A stretch of 64,000 nucleotides of DNA from Carcharhinus amblyrhynchos (GCA_965287045.1 OZ336873.1:17484001-17548000), one strand, 5' to 3'. Shown: positions 1-12,803, numbered from the stretch's first letter. The notes: generated by a model from the letters alone, not told the origin. Translations and numbers: made by a program.

Positions 1-60
1 TTTGATGCACTCTCGATGGGCCTAATGGCCTCTTTCTGCAGTGTCAGGATTCTATGATTC
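1..60 (+). mobile_element. 3' tail of HE1-type V-SINE (runs off window start)
   Basis: GATGGGCCTAATGGCCTCTTTCTGCAGTGTCAGGATTCTATGATTC matches the tails of full copies at 2633-2952 and 58572-58888. Confidence 0.8.
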
Positions 61-65
61 CACAC

Positions 66-930
66 TGGCGACGAGACAAAGCAACGAAGTGCTTGGGGGT
101 CTTAGTGTCGAGCTAGAGTGGGAAGAGACCTGAGCTTTGAGAATACAAGGTAGTAAGAAAGAATAGGGTACGTTTACTGAGTGCAATGCCTATAATCGGA
201 AAAATCAAGCCATTTAATCCCAAAGTAGACAATCAGGGACAATACATAGAAAGGCTGCATTAGTTCTTTGTAGTAAATTAAATAACCACTGTAAAGTGAG
301 AGGTTATTTTGCCTACAGAGTGTGGGCCACATACTTACAGTTTAGTAAGAACATTAACATCGGCAAATACTCCAGATATGAAGTCGTTTGGCCAGATTGT
401 GGAGCTGGTCAATATCAGTATAACTCCCATCCCTTGATTATGCTGAGATACAAATTTCGTAAAGCAACCTATGAGCCGGGGAGACAGTCTCAGGTTTTGT
501 GGCAAGACTTAGAGGACTGGCAGAACACTGTGAATTTAGTCCAACAACAGCAGAAATGTTAAGGGACAGATTGGTCTGTGGTAAAAACAGCTTAACAATA
601 CAATAATAGTTACTGGCGGAGGAGACTAAGATCACCTCAGTAAAAGCTGTGGAGCTGGCCCAGGTGACTGAATGAGCAGAGCGGGGCACAACCAGAGTTG
701 CAAGGTTCGCAAGGTGTGCCAAACAAGGTAAATTGTTTGTGGCATGAAACAGCTGTGGTACAAAACAGCTCAGGAGAGGGCGCAACGGTGCCCGATAGAA
801 GAGATGCAACAGTGAGGGCTGACATGAGATAGGGGAGAACACTCCCAAGAAATTCATCACCACAAGACCAGCTTGTGCTTCAAGTGCAGCAAGAAAGGTC
901 ACTTAAAGGCATTGTTCAGAACAAAAGTGA
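66..930 (+). mobile_element. Decayed Ty3/Gypsy LTR retrotransposon internal region: PBS plus gag pseudogene
   Basis: TGGCGACGAG at 66-75 (complement of tRNA-Ser 3' end). ATG at 186 gives MPIIGKIKPFNPKVDNQGQYIERL; later frames give RYKFRKA..ETVSGFVARLRGLAEHCEF..EMLRDRLVCG and a broken zinc knuckle CFKCSKKGHLKALF at 876-917; stops and frameshifts throughout. Confidence 0.85.
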
Positions 931-1354
931 GGACCTCATGAATCATCCTGGCGGGAAGCTGAGCCAATCAGCAGGGGGATGTGTACCTCAGGTCGGGGAG
1001 GTATTCGCAGTCCTTACCAACCACGTGGTCCTTTGGAATTGCCTCCTCCCCATTAAGGTGCCACGCTAATACAACAACCTTCCATAAATTTGAACCGTTT
1101 GCACATTTCGCTGCATACTTTGAATGGGCAATGGCCCGCTACTCAGATTATTTATTACATTCATATTTCCCAAAATCAGTATAACTCCCAAGCCTCAATC
1201 ATTATATTTTTCTTAAAATGCAGGCCCATTACAAAACAATTTGTCTCTCATCAGGCTGTTGTTTCAAGAACAGTTACACTCGAAACTAAACTTTAAAACT
1301 TTCAGTTGTAAGTAAAGCTGCAATATCCTATTTCAAACTAATATCTTTGCAGTT

Positions 1355-1443
1355 AGGCACACATGTGCAACTTCTGACTGGAGTTTTGAACTCATCCCTT
1401 CTGACTCAGAGATAATGATACGTTAGCCTGAACCATGCTGTCA
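1355..1443 (-). mobile_element. Deu-domain SINE 5' head fragment
   Basis: TTGAACTCATCCCTTCTGACTCAGAG..CTGAACCATGCTGTCA resembles the head of the copy ending at 56982. Confidence 0.45.
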
Positions 1444-2215
1444 TGTCACATATTGCTTTGCTGTAAGATGGTCATTGAGATTTTGTACTCATGTGGCAAT
1501 CAGAATGTAATGGGGATTTAGACTGAAGAATCTATGAATGAAGTCTACAAATTATTTCAATTGGACAGCAAATACTTGGATGTAAGTATTTTGCATTATG
1601 AACAAACTTTGTCCATTACTATTTCATGCTGGAAGATCTCTCAAACCAAATCTTGAATTGAACTATAAAGAGACTTGCTGAAGGACTGATAGATCTTTGC
1701 ATAATTAAGAGATGAAGCTGTATTTCTAAGGCTACTGAAGTAGGCATTCTATATATTACGTCACACTTCACTCAATAGTTAAGCATGCTGTTAATATTGG
1801 GGACAGTCCTTAAACCCTGTAAACAAAAGTTATTAAGACTTTGAAGTGCGATTTTTTCTTTGTTTGTTCCAAGGGGACAGAGTTTATGATTTTTATGATA
1901 ATTTTACAACATCTATTAATTTCAGGCTTTAAGGCATTTCTGAAAGTGTCTAATCTTAAGATTCCTTCATGTGCAATAGCATGCAGAAATAATTCCTGTC
2001 ATTTGCTTCCTCCCCGAGGCATACTCAGCTACAGCTTTTACCTCGGTTTCTGGTGAAAACAAAAGTATTATATTCTTTCTCTGACTGCAGAAGACAGATT
2101 GAAGTAATATCCAGCTGTAGGGATCAAGTTTTTTGTCCAGGATTATTTAACTAAACCAAAGTCATTTTTTGATTGATGGCCTTTGCACATTTGTAGTCAT
2201 TTTTTTGGGATATTG

Positions 2216-2494
2216 GCATCACAAATAGGCTTTCGTGAAACCACTGTGAAAATGCCCTAGTTGCCACACTCCAGCGCCTGCTTGGGTACAATGAAGCAGA
2301 ATTTAGCATGGCCAATGCACCTAATCAGCATGTCCTTTGGACTGTGGGAGAAAACCGGAGCATCTGAAGGAAATCCACACAATCACAGGCAGAATGTGCA
2401 GACTCCACACAGACAGTCACCCGTGTCGGGAATTGAATCCAGGTCCTTGACGCTGTGAGGCAGCAGTGCAAGCCACTGTGCCACCATGCCGCCC
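2216..2494 (-). mobile_element. V-SINE, tail type b
   Basis: tRNA-like head with A/B boxes, V-domain GGTTTTCTCCCACAGTCCAAAG, tail GGAGTGTGGCAACTAGGGCATTTTCACAGT. Confidence 0.9.
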
Positions 2495-2632
2495 TTATGG
2501 TGGAGGTGGGAAGATAGGGTATGGTATTGGATGAACCCCTCATTCATTGCAAAATCAGAAAGCTTCCAACTTTTCCTAATGCACACAAATAGCTAGTCTT
2601 CCATAAGCAATCACATTGTTTTAAACTTTAAA

Positions 2633-2952
2633 GGGTGGCATGGTGGCGCAGTGATTAGCATTGCTGTTTCACAGCACCAGGGACCCAGGTTCAATTCATC
2701 AGGTCACGGTCTGTGTGGACCCTGCACATTTTCCCCGTGTCTGTGCAGGTTTCCTCTTGGTGCTCCGATTTCCTCCCACAGTACAAAGATGTGCAGATTA
2801 AGTGGATTGGTCATGCTAAATTAACCCTTAGTGTCAGGGGGATTAGCTAGGGTAAATGTGTGGGGTTACAGGAATGGGGCCTGGGTGGGATTGTGATCGG
2901 TACAGGCTCAGTGGGCCGAATGGCCTCCTTCTGTACTGTAGAGATTCTATGA
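2633..2952 (+). mobile_element. V-SINE (HE1-like), tail type a, full length
   Basis: GGGTGGCATGGTGGCGCAGTG A box, GGTTCAATTC B box, V-domain, CR1-like tail ending GATTCTATGA. Confidence 0.92.
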
Positions 2953-3502
2953 AACTTAAAACAAGTCAAATTAAGTTTGGTGTTACATGGGATTCCCCAA
3001 ACTAGGATTTTGGAGAACAAATTGGATGATCATTTCCAAAGTTAGTGTGCTCACTCTGCAATGTTGTGTTCGGAAGGGAGTGCCACACTGCGTGGGAATG
3101 AGAAAAGTTCTTTTTCGGATTATTGAAGCTCAGTGAAAATTAGCGCATGGAGAGACTGCGTCGAATCCTTTATGCATAAAGATGAACTTCATGCTCGTTG
3201 CTCAACAGAAACAAAGTGTGTCTATCAGAAATCTGCAGCCATCTGCAATTTCTCTGCATTCAATTACATTTCATAATGATTGTCATTTTGGATTAAATTA
3301 TAGGTTGTTCTACGTTCTTATAATTTTAGTAGCCCTGTAGTGACAGGATTTGCTGGCTGTGATAAGCACCCGTGTCTATCCAAAAGCATTCACGGGATTA
3401 TTTAAAGCAACAAAAATCGCTTGGAAAAGCAAGGCTGTATAAAAGTCTTTAATATGAGGGCAAAGTATATCATTATACTTCTGATCACTGTGAATCACGG
3501 TA

Positions 3503-4865
3503 TGGGCAAAGAATCACCTGTACTGAAAAATGCAGTTAGTTCCCCAAGTTTGGATTCAAGTGAAAATCTGGCCGGCAGGAATCGGCACGGGATTGGAGTC
3601 GATTTCTCAGTCTTAAGCAGCTCATGAGGCAGTTGCAAGCAGCCTACAGCACTTTAAAGGGGCAATGTGTTCCCAGTGGTGGGGAGTAGACAGTGATACA
3701 GTGGAGCAGGAGACAGAATGGCTTTAGTGAAGGTCGACATGTTCTGGGCATGCTCATTGAGACCTGCTGTGGCCAGGGTTGGATGTGAGTGGGCATTAAG
3801 ATAACTCTGCCAGCAGGTTATCGAGTTCCATCCTGCCCATGAACAAGTTCTGAGAAGGTAAGATTTGGCAGTGGGGTGGAGGGGGTGGGGAGAATGGGGC
3901 GAGTTGGAAGCAGCTTGGCTACGCCTTACATGTGGCAGGTAGCTAATGCCGCCACCCATTAAGAGCCTATTGTAGCCAAATTAAAGGAATCTGAATTGGA
4001 TATTGCGTACAGACCCAAGGGCCCTTGCTGTCTGCCTGGGTACAGGTAGAGCACAGGCTGCCTTATGTAGGTGTGTGCATCACCCCTTCCCTTCCCCCCA
4101 CCCATTCCCCTCTCCCTGCCTCCAAGATTCAGTTTTGAATGGGCACCTCCATGTTTACATGTCCTCTCCCTTACTCACCATGTTGCAGGTTGCTGCTCTT
4201 TTTGATACAGAAAACATAGAAACATAGAAGATGGGAGCAGGAGGAGGCCATTTGGCCCTTCAAGCCTACTGCACCATTCATCAAGGTCATGGCTGATCGC
4301 TCAACTCATTAACCTAACCCTGCTTTCTCCCTGTAACCTTTGATCCCATTCACCCCAATTGCTATATAATGAGCTGTTTCTTGAAGACATTCAATGCTTT
4401 GGCATCAACTACTTCCTCTGGCAATGAATTCCGCAGGCTCACCACTCTTTGAGTTAAAAAATGACTCCTCATCTCCGTCCTAAATGGTGTAACCCAAATC
4501 CTCGTACTGTGACCCCTGGTTCTCGACACCCCATCATCGGGAACATCCTCCCTGCATCTAGTCTTTCTAGTTCTCTTAGAATATTATAAGTCTCTGTGAG
4601 ATCCCCGCTCCCCTCCCCCTGCCCCATTTGTCTGAACTCCATGAAGGCCTCTGATTTGCCTGCCAGTTTTGGGAGCCTACCTGCCATCTTCAGTAGGAGA
4701 ATGAGCCAGACCCTGGCCATTAACAGGCCATCTTCGTGAAAATTAAGGCCAGTGACTGCTTTCCACATGTCTCCTGCCTCCCCCACCATCACCCCAAGCC
4801 TGAGCTCAGAGTCCAGAAACTGTCCTGACCGCTGAATCCCATCACCGGAGGGGAAAATCCTCCCT
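3503..4865. mobile_element. Non-autonomous DNA element (PIF/Harbinger-like termini), split by a CR1
   Basis: Begins GGGCAAAGAATC, ends AAAATCCTCCC; GC-rich body shares motifs with 28624-29241. Confidence 0.4.
4208..4640 (-). mobile_element. CR1/HER1-like LINE 3' fragment
   Basis: AAACATAG tail repeats; ORF2 end GDLTETYNILRELERLDAGRMFP. Confidence 0.9.
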
Positions 4866-5680
4866 CACTTTCGCAAGTGGAGCTGCTCATTATGCCTTTC
4901 TACACTCCAAGTCTGAAATCTGAATTTTATCCGAGCTTTCGTTCAGGTTGTCCAGCTTGAAATCTCCAAGTATTAATATTCTTTGCAGAGCATGCATAAG
5001 TATTTTACTCTTTCCAATTTCAACACAGTCAGAAATCAACTTATTTCTTCATCAAGGAGGAACTTTAACAAAGCTCTAACAAAGAAACGAGTTGTTCATT
5101 TTTATTGGAAAATAATGAGACTTTAAAACCTAAACAACCTGTCATAATGAGAAGAATAACCTCGTTAGGAAGGGCCTTTACATTGAAATGCAGAAACTGG
5201 CATACCAAAGGGACTGAATGCGAATCTATTGCATTATTCATGTTCTTTTTAAAGGGTTAACTTCTGATAACTTCCCCCATTAGACTTCCTTTAAATCATA
5301 AAAATAAATCACCAAAGAGATCTAATTATTTTTTATATCCAGAGAAGTTAAATTAAATCGAATGTTCATGAAATATAATAAGATAAATTTCTTGCATTAT
5401 ATAAATCAATAATTCCCAGAAAGCACTTTGAAGATAAGGCACAAAGCCAACATTTCAATTGATCGGATGGTGTGAAGCCTGTTCAAGAATAAGCGCGTTT
5501 GCAGCCCAAAAATAATAAGTTATCTGTTTTGTAAGTTCATTCAGAATCAGTGTTGACAGTAATTTACCAAGATTTCGCATGCCTGTTACGATTGGACCTA
5601 TTTCCAGTTTTACTTCTTGCAAACCACTAGAGGAGCTTTCTTACCCAAAAGTAAGAATCACAGAATTGTTACAGTGCTGA

Positions 5681-6335
5681 GGTTGTTTTCCTCAGAGCAG
5701 AGAAGGCTGAGAGAAGACACAGATTGGTAAAAGTTACTCATTAGTGTCACAAGTATGCTTACATTAACACCACGATTAAGTTACTGTGAAAATCCCCTAG
5801 TCGCCACACTCCAGTGCCTGTTCGGCTACACTGACGGTGAATTTAGCATGGCCAATGCACCTAACTAGCACGTCTTTCTGACAGTGTGGGGAAACTGGGA
5901 GGAAACTCACTCAGACATAGGGCGAACGTGCAGACACTGCGCAGGCAATGGCCCGAGCTGGGAATCGAACCCACATCCCTGGCATTGTGAGACAGCAGTG
6001 CTAATCACTGTGCCACCGTGCTGCCTGTGCTAGTTAGATAGGAAGGAGCTGTTCCCCTTAGTAGAGGGTTCAATGACTGTGGAGCATAGATTTAAAGTAA
6101 GGGGCAAGAGGGTATCTGAGGAGAAACTTTTTCACCCCAGAGGAAGTCTGGAACTCACTGCCTGAAAAGGTGGTAGAGGTGGGAACCCTCACTACATTTA
6201 AAAAGCATTTAGATGAGCATTTGAAATGCCATAGCAAACAAGAGTATGTGCCAAGCGCTAGCGTAGATTGGTGCTTGATAGCTAGCACAGACACGATGGG
6301 CTGAAGGGCCATTTTTTGTGCTTTAAAACTTTATG
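5681..6335 (+). mobile_element. CR1 LINE 3' fragment, interrupted by a V-SINE
   Basis: LFSSEQRRLRED at about 5683; GGAGCATAGATTTAAAGTAAGGGGCAAGAG; tail GATGGGCTGAAGGGCC. Confidence 0.85.
5730..6025 (-). mobile_element. V-SINE, tail type b
   Basis: Full head, V-domain and tail ending TACTTGTGACACTAATGAG. Confidence 0.9.
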
Positions 6336-6480
6336 GCTGGATTTTTCCAGCCGGTTGCCCTGGCGGAATTGCCTGGTCCCACCGATAGCGCACCCCTCTG
6401 CTACATGAGGTGTATTCAATGGGAAACCCATTGAATGACAGGACTAGAAGATACCAGCCAATGGCAGTGTGACACTCAAA
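6334..6480. mobile_element. MITE fragment with GGCTGGATTTT terminus, inserted in the CR1 tail
   Basis: Internal hairpin TTCAATGGGAAACCCATTGAA; similar to 22976-23185. Confidence 0.55.
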
Positions 6481-6498
6481 GTCCAACTCTATGACTCT

Positions 6499-6815
6499 AC
6501 AGTGGCACAGTGGTAGGACCTGTTGCCTCACAGGTCCAGGGACCTGGGTTCAATTCTGGCCTCGGATCACTGTGTGGAGTTTGCATGTTCTCCCTGTGTC
6601 TGCGTGGGTGTTCCTCCAGGTGCTCCGGTTTCCTCCCACAGTCCAAAGTGTGGGTTAGGTGGATTTACCATACTAAATTTCCCCTCAGTGTCAGCAAGAA
6701 CTGATATGTCGGTAGGTAAGTGGGTTTATGGGGATAGGACCTGGGTGGGATTGTTGTCAGTGTAGGCTCGATGGGCCAAATGGCCTCCTTCTGTAGTGTA
6801 GGGATTCTATAATTC
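6499..6815 (+). mobile_element. V-SINE, tail type a
   Basis: Head, V-domain, tail GATGGGCCAAATGGCCTCCTTCTG. Confidence 0.9.
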
Positions 6816-7065
6816 GACTCAAAGTGTCTGCATCGGTTCTCCAAATGTGGACTACTGAAAGTTATTTCAAATGCTTTTAGTTTTTTTTTCTTGATTGATT
6901 TTCACACAACTTTTGCATAAAAGACACACAGAATTGTTACTTGGAATGCTGTGAGGGTTTAGTAAGCTCTGAATATTCTTTCAAATCTTTTGAACAAAAC
7001 ACAATGTGCTTAATACATGAAGCTTGCTTCTTTCCCAAGACCAAGAAATAATTCATTTGTTACCT

Positions 7066-8816
7066 TGCCAAAAGACAATACAAGACTAAGCTAGACTCCC
7101 AGGCTAGCCACACTGATTCCCGCCAACTATGGCAAGGTCTGCAGACATAACTGGCTACAAGATGAAGGCATGTGAAATCGCCGACTCCACTCACCCCTCC
7201 CTGATGAGCTCAATGCATTCTACGCCTGTTTTGAGCAAGAGGTCAGCGAGAGCATGCCCTCCACCCTGGAATGAACCTATGTTTGGAGGTCACCCCATTG
7301 CAGATGTCAGAGCAGTTTTCCTGAAGACCAACCCAAGGAAAGCAACTGGCCCGGATGGGGTACCCGGACATGCACTCAGATCCTGTGCAGATCAGCTGCC
7401 AGAGGTATTCACAGATATCTTCAACCTCTCTTTACAACAATCTGAAGTCCCTATCTGCTTCAAGAAGATAACCATCATCCCGGTATCTAAGAAAAACCAA
7501 GCAACGTGCCTTAACAACTATCAGCCAGTGGCTCAGACATCCATCATTATGAAGTGCTTTGAGAGGTTGGTCATGGCACGAATCAGTTCCAGCCTCCTGA
7601 ACGACCTAGATCCACTGCAGTTTGCCTATTGCCACAACAGGTCCACATCAGACACCATTTCCCTGGCCCTGCACTCAACCCTGGAACACCCAGATAACAA
7701 AGACTCCTATTTGTTGACTACAGCTCAACCTTCAAAACTATTATTCCCATGAAACTCATCCCAAACTCTGTGTTCTGGGCCTCAACATCTCCCTCTGCGA
7801 CTGGATCCTGAACTTCCTGGCTCACAGGCCACAATCAGTAAGGATAGGCAACAACACCTCCACCACGATTATCCTCAACACCAGTGCCTACCAGGCTGTG
7901 TTCCCAGCCCCCGACTATACTCCTTACACACCTATGACTGTGCGGCCAAATTCCCCTCCAATTCAATTTTCAAGTTTGCTGACAACACCAGCGTAGTGGG
8001 TCAAATCTCAAACAATAATGAGACAGAGTACAGGAATGAGATAGAGAATCTGGTGAACTGATGCGGCAACAATAATTTCTCCCCCAATGTCAACAAAATG
8101 AAGGAGATTGTCGTGGGCTTCAATAAGCATAAAGAAGAACATGCCCCGTCTACATCAATGGGAATGAAGTAGAAAGGTCGAGAGCTTCAAGTTTTTAGGT
8201 GTCCAGATCACTAACAACCTGTCCTGGTCCCCCCATGCTGACGCTATAGTTAAGAAAGCTCACCAATACCTCTACTTTCTCAGAAGACTAAGGAAATTTG
8301 GCATGTCAGCTACGACTCTCACCAACTTTTACAAATGTACTGAGAAAGCACTCTTTCTGGTTGTATCACAGTTTAGTATGGCTGCTGCTCTGCCCAAGAC
8401 CGCAAGGAACTACAAAAGGTCATGAATGTAACCCAATCCATCACGTGAACCAGCTTCTCATCCACTGACTCTGTCTACACTCCCTGCTGCCTCGGCAAAG
8501 CAGCCAGCATAATTAAGGACCCCACGCACCCCAGACATTCTCTTTTCCATCTTCTTCCTTCGGGAAAAAGATAGAAAAGTCTGAGGTCACGTACCAACCG
8601 ACTCAAGAACAGTTTCTTCCCTACTGCTTTCAAACTTTTGAATGGACTTACCTTGCATTAAGTTGATCTTTCTCTACACCCTAGCTTTGACTGGAACACT
8701 ACGTTCTGCACTCTCTCATTTCCTTCTTATGAACGGTGTGTTTGTCTGTATAGCGTACAAGAAACAATACTTTTCACTGCATGATAATACATGTGACAAT
8801 AATAAATCAAATCAAA
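7066..8816 (+). mobile_element. Rex1/Babar-type non-LTR retrotransposon, 5'-truncated, RT pseudogene
   Basis: [61 protein letters not shown] (FADD motif mutated) near 7972; tail TGTGACAATAATAAATCAAATCAAA; frameshifted. Confidence 0.93.
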
Positions 8817-9704
8817 TTGTCTGTATGTAAAAAAGTCAGTAAAACTAAATGTCCTTCTTTTGTTGCAAATCAGCAAAAAGGCAGGAAATGGCAGTCAGGT
8901 TTGTTAGAAACCCCAACCCTGTGAAAAGCAGGTTAAAGTTCAGAGGTCAACACAGGTGATTCCTTCATTGGAAAGGAGATGGTTTTCTGTTCATCTGAAG
9001 CCAGTGGAGGCAGGAGCAGATATCCTTGGCACTCTGTATCCTGTTCTTCTGTTCCTATCATGCCAAAGAGTGTTTGGTCATCCTTCATTCAAAGCCTGGG
9101 TGCTGAGTGCTTAATGTCCCCATCATCTGTGCAGGCCAAGTGCATCTTCTTTCTCCTGACTCTCAGGATGGTGCCCCAAGGTGGCCATAATTGGCTCTCC
9201 ACATTTTACCCACTCCCTTTCAAATGATCTGTTTCAGAAGGTGCAATTATCCCATGCACCCCTTTAAAAAAATACAACTGCGAACCTTGATAAGTTCTTA
9301 ACCAGTTATAATTGGTCTCATTTGTGAGGAGAATGGGATTCTGGTTATGATTGCAGATGCTGGGCATGCTGCCTCATGCTGTTATTTTCTCTTCTCTGTT
9401 CTTGACTTCTGGGGGTAGAGGCATGGAAATTTAGCCCAAGGGTTTAGTGAAATGGATGTAATTTTAATTCAATCTATCCTATTTGCTGCGAAAGAATCCT
9501 TATTAATTGCTTCTATTTATATGAATCAAGAGATAAATATGCAGCTGTTTGAAAGATAAAACCCTAATTTCAATTCTTGATTCCTCTTGTAATACCTGTT
9601 ACAGCTTCACACTTGAAGGAAGCAATTAGAGGAATATTCCTCATATGTACTGAGCAATGTAATTTGTGTAGAATTGGCTTATGATATTGCAAATTGCCTG
9701 CAGA

Positions 9705-10005
9705 GAATCAGGAAATAATACAGCCCAAAAGAAGGCCACTCAGCCCATCATGTCTATGCCAGTTCTTCCAAAGACAATTCAATGGCCCACTCTTTCCCCA
9801 TATCCCTATAATTTGTTCTCCTACATGTATTTATCCTTTGGAAGGATAGATTCAAATCTATATCCACCACATTATCAGGCAGTGCAATTCAAATCCTAAT
9901 CACTTGTTCTATGTTAAAGAAAGGTTCTTTTGCCAACCACTTCAAACCTTGCATTCTGCTTGTCACCCCTTTACCCTTTGGAAACCATTTCTCTCTATTT
10001 TCTCT
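9705..10005 (-). mobile_element. Old CR1 3' fragment
   Basis: GAAGGCCACTCAGCCCATCATGTCT tail motif plus diverged ORF2 end. Confidence 0.65.
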
Positions 10006-10520
10006 ACATATAGTGGATAAAGACTAGACATTTTAACAAGGTATTTATCCCTGCAAAGTCAGCCTGTATAGATCCATTGCAACAAAAGCCTCCTAAAATA
10101 TTATGATGCTATAAAAAAACTTGGCAGTGACGGTGAAGATACTATAATAAGTTACGTAATAAAATTATGATAGTCACCGCAGGCTATGGACAAACACAAG
10201 CTTATTTTGTAATGACAGTCAGCACGCTCTCCCTGGAATGAGATATTCATCACAAAGTCAGATAGACGCTATTATGGAAGAAATGCTTTAATAAGCATCA
10301 TAAGCAATATCTTTATATCTGCATGAAAGTTTTCATCTTGTGTGCTTCTGCCATTTAATTTTGCATCATATTTAATTTTGATTCCAAAACAGTTTTAGAA
10401 GAGAAAGTTCGTCATCAGATCTACATCTGTCACACCTCGGACATCATACACTTTGCTGTACCATGCTTGGAATGCACAAACAGCCATTTTTATCCAGATT
10501 CCCAGAAGAAAAGAGGCAGG

Positions 10521-10948
10521 ATCCTGCTCTGACCAAGACCGCAAGAAACTGCAAAGGGTTGTGAATGTAGCCCAGTCCATCATGCAAACCAGCCTCCCAT
10601 CCGGTGACTCCATCTACACTTCCCACTGCCAGAAAAGCAGCCAGCATAATCAAGGAACCTTCCACTTTCTTCCATTGAGAAAAAGATGCAACAGCCTGAG
10701 GTCACATACCAACCAACTTGAGAACAGCTTCTTCCCTGCAGCCATCAGACTTTTGAATGGACCCATCTTATATTAAGTTGATCTTTCTCTACATCCTAGC
10801 TATGACTATAACAGTACATTCTGCACTCTCTCCTTTCCTTTTCCCCTGTGTAATCTATGAATGGTCTGCTTTGTCTGTACAGTGTGCGAGAAACAATACT
10901 TTTCACTGCATCACAATACATGTGACAATAATAAATCAAATCAAATCA
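10521..10948 (+). mobile_element. Rex1/Babar 3' fragment
   Basis: Homologous to 8385-8816; SHTNQLENSFFPAAIRLLN; (TCAAA)n tail. Confidence 0.92.
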
Positions 10949-12199
10949 ACAAAGGATAGATTTGCCGCTGACTATCACAACAGTGATCCAAAGTAAGACA
11001 AAATTATGTGCAATGCCAAGGAAGATCTGCCGATGATATGTATGAACTTGCAGAAAATACAATACATTCTTTACAAAAATAATTATTCAGTTAGGTTGCA
11101 GCTAAGTTGAAAGAAAACTCGGATAAATGAGTACACGGCACAGACAAATGGTTTCAGCTGTTCATGTGACATCGTTATACATCAATGTTTTTCTTGATAT
11201 ATCACACTATTGGTGATAGATTTGAAAAATCTTAGATAAATAATAATTCTACAGCCAGCAGGAGACAATGTGCTAATACATCAGTACATATGATTAATGC
11301 TCCAATCTATATTTTGGCAGAGGGGAAATATGGGTTAGACTTGTAAGAGGTATAGATGTCTGTCAAAGTATCCTAAGCAGGATCAGATTTATTTCATTTA
11401 GAGTTGACATTGTTTTGCTGATTATTTGCTGTTGAAGACATCAAGTTTTAAGATGCAGCATAACTTTCTCCTTTTTGTCATTCGATAGTCCCAGGTCAAG
11501 AATAACATGAAGCAAATGCAATGAGAAGCTCCTTGGTCTGGATATTTGAGGGTGTTAGAAACTGGCCAAGCACGTTGTATGCCTTCCATGTCATTTCCTT
11601 GCCACTCTTCCCTGCTTTTTCTTTGTTCATTGCTCCTCTCACTCTCGAGTATCAAAGCTGACTCTTCTGGACCACCCTTGAACTAGTTCTACGTCCAGCT
11701 CCTATCTAAAGTTAATCTAGACGTTCAAATTCACTTGGTGAACAGAGATAACGGCAAAGGCTATTCCCGGCGGCCTAAGGTGACAAACAAGGAATGAATC
11801 ATTTATCAAAGGGGTGAACATCTAAAAAGCCGTTCTGTTTGCTCCTTCCTGATTGTTAAGAGTTATTGAGTTGGGTATTTGGGCAAACCGACTTCAAAGC
11901 AAAGGTCTTTAATGTCGGAGTAGGGCCTATACTTAAATGTTATAACAAGCTACTTTAATTATTCTGACAGCCAACCTAGATGTCTACAGAGGTGTCAGAT
12001 GCAATATGACAGATGGTACATGTCCAGCGTACAAAAGGTACACCAATCATTGCCATATTGATCAGTTTGGCACCTGTTTCACATCTGAAAAATTTCCCTG
12101 GCCCCTGCTCCTTATCTCAGCGATACATTGTATCCTAATTTTTGGCAGGGCACCTCTTGATTTTCTGAAACATTTCTCATATTCCCACCCTCATGAACC

Positions 12200-12396
12200 T
12201 CCCCCAGACTGAGAGTGTTGATTTAGTGGCAAATTGAGATCCGTTCTGTGCTGCGGAATGTGGAATACGGGTTAAGGTTGTCGGGACACATTTTGCGGAA
12301 GATTCCAAAAGCTGCCAGAAAGAGGACACCTTCAATCTAAATTGGATTTGAACCCTGGTCCCAGAATAAAAAGGTAATAGCCAACCATCCACTGTA
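12200..12396 (-). mobile_element. Ancient tRNA-derived SINE, LF-SINE-like
   Basis: Minus strand CTGGGACCAGGGTTCAAATCC B box, followed by TCCGCAGCACAGAAC..CAATTTGCCACTAAAT..CTCTCAG, resembling the recalled LF-SINE body. Confidence 0.5.
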
Positions 12397-12720
12397 ATGT
12401 TTCACGTTACAGCGACCACTGTCAGCGATGAATTATTGAACGTATTCCTACCTGCACTTCAACAAAATGTCAATATCAATATATTTATCAGACCCCATAA
12501 ACCCTGGGTTAAGTTCATTTTGAGTATTCTCAATGCAATGGTTCATGCTCCAAAGGCTAAAAATTTTACTGTATGTCTGCAAATTTATGCAGAACATGGA
12601 AGGAGGTCGGCCCTGAATCTCTGCGAACGATGTTCTCCCAAAATGTTGCCAGAAAAGTTTCCTTCTTTTTTGATCTTCATTGTTTACCCCACATGCTACA
12701 AATTGTTTAAAAATCGGTTT

Positions 12721-12803
12721 GTATGATACATCATAGTGTGATGTATGATACATCATAGTGTGATGTATGATACATCATACATGTATGATGTATCATCATA
12801 CAT
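12721..12803. repeat. 22-bp tandem repeat (about 2.7 copies) ending in a perfect 30-bp palindrome
   Basis: Unit GTATGATACATCATAGTGTGAT at 12721, 12743, 12765 (partial); palindrome 12767-12796. Confidence 0.9.

Noticed and set aside
2633-2700. tRNA genes at SINE heads
   Set aside because: A/B boxes run directly into SINE bodies and there is no complete cloverleaf
3050-3300. Highly diverged Deu/AmnSINE-like relic, also at 22320-22530 and 54930-55090
   Set aside because: Similarity too patchy to call by eye; needs a profile HMM
7129-7752. 207-aa ORF as a host gene
   Set aside because: It is a frameshifted Rex1 RT fragment
12397-12756. Overlapping ORFs of about 100 aa on both strands
   Set aside because: No domain resemblance, and one start lies in the tandem repeat
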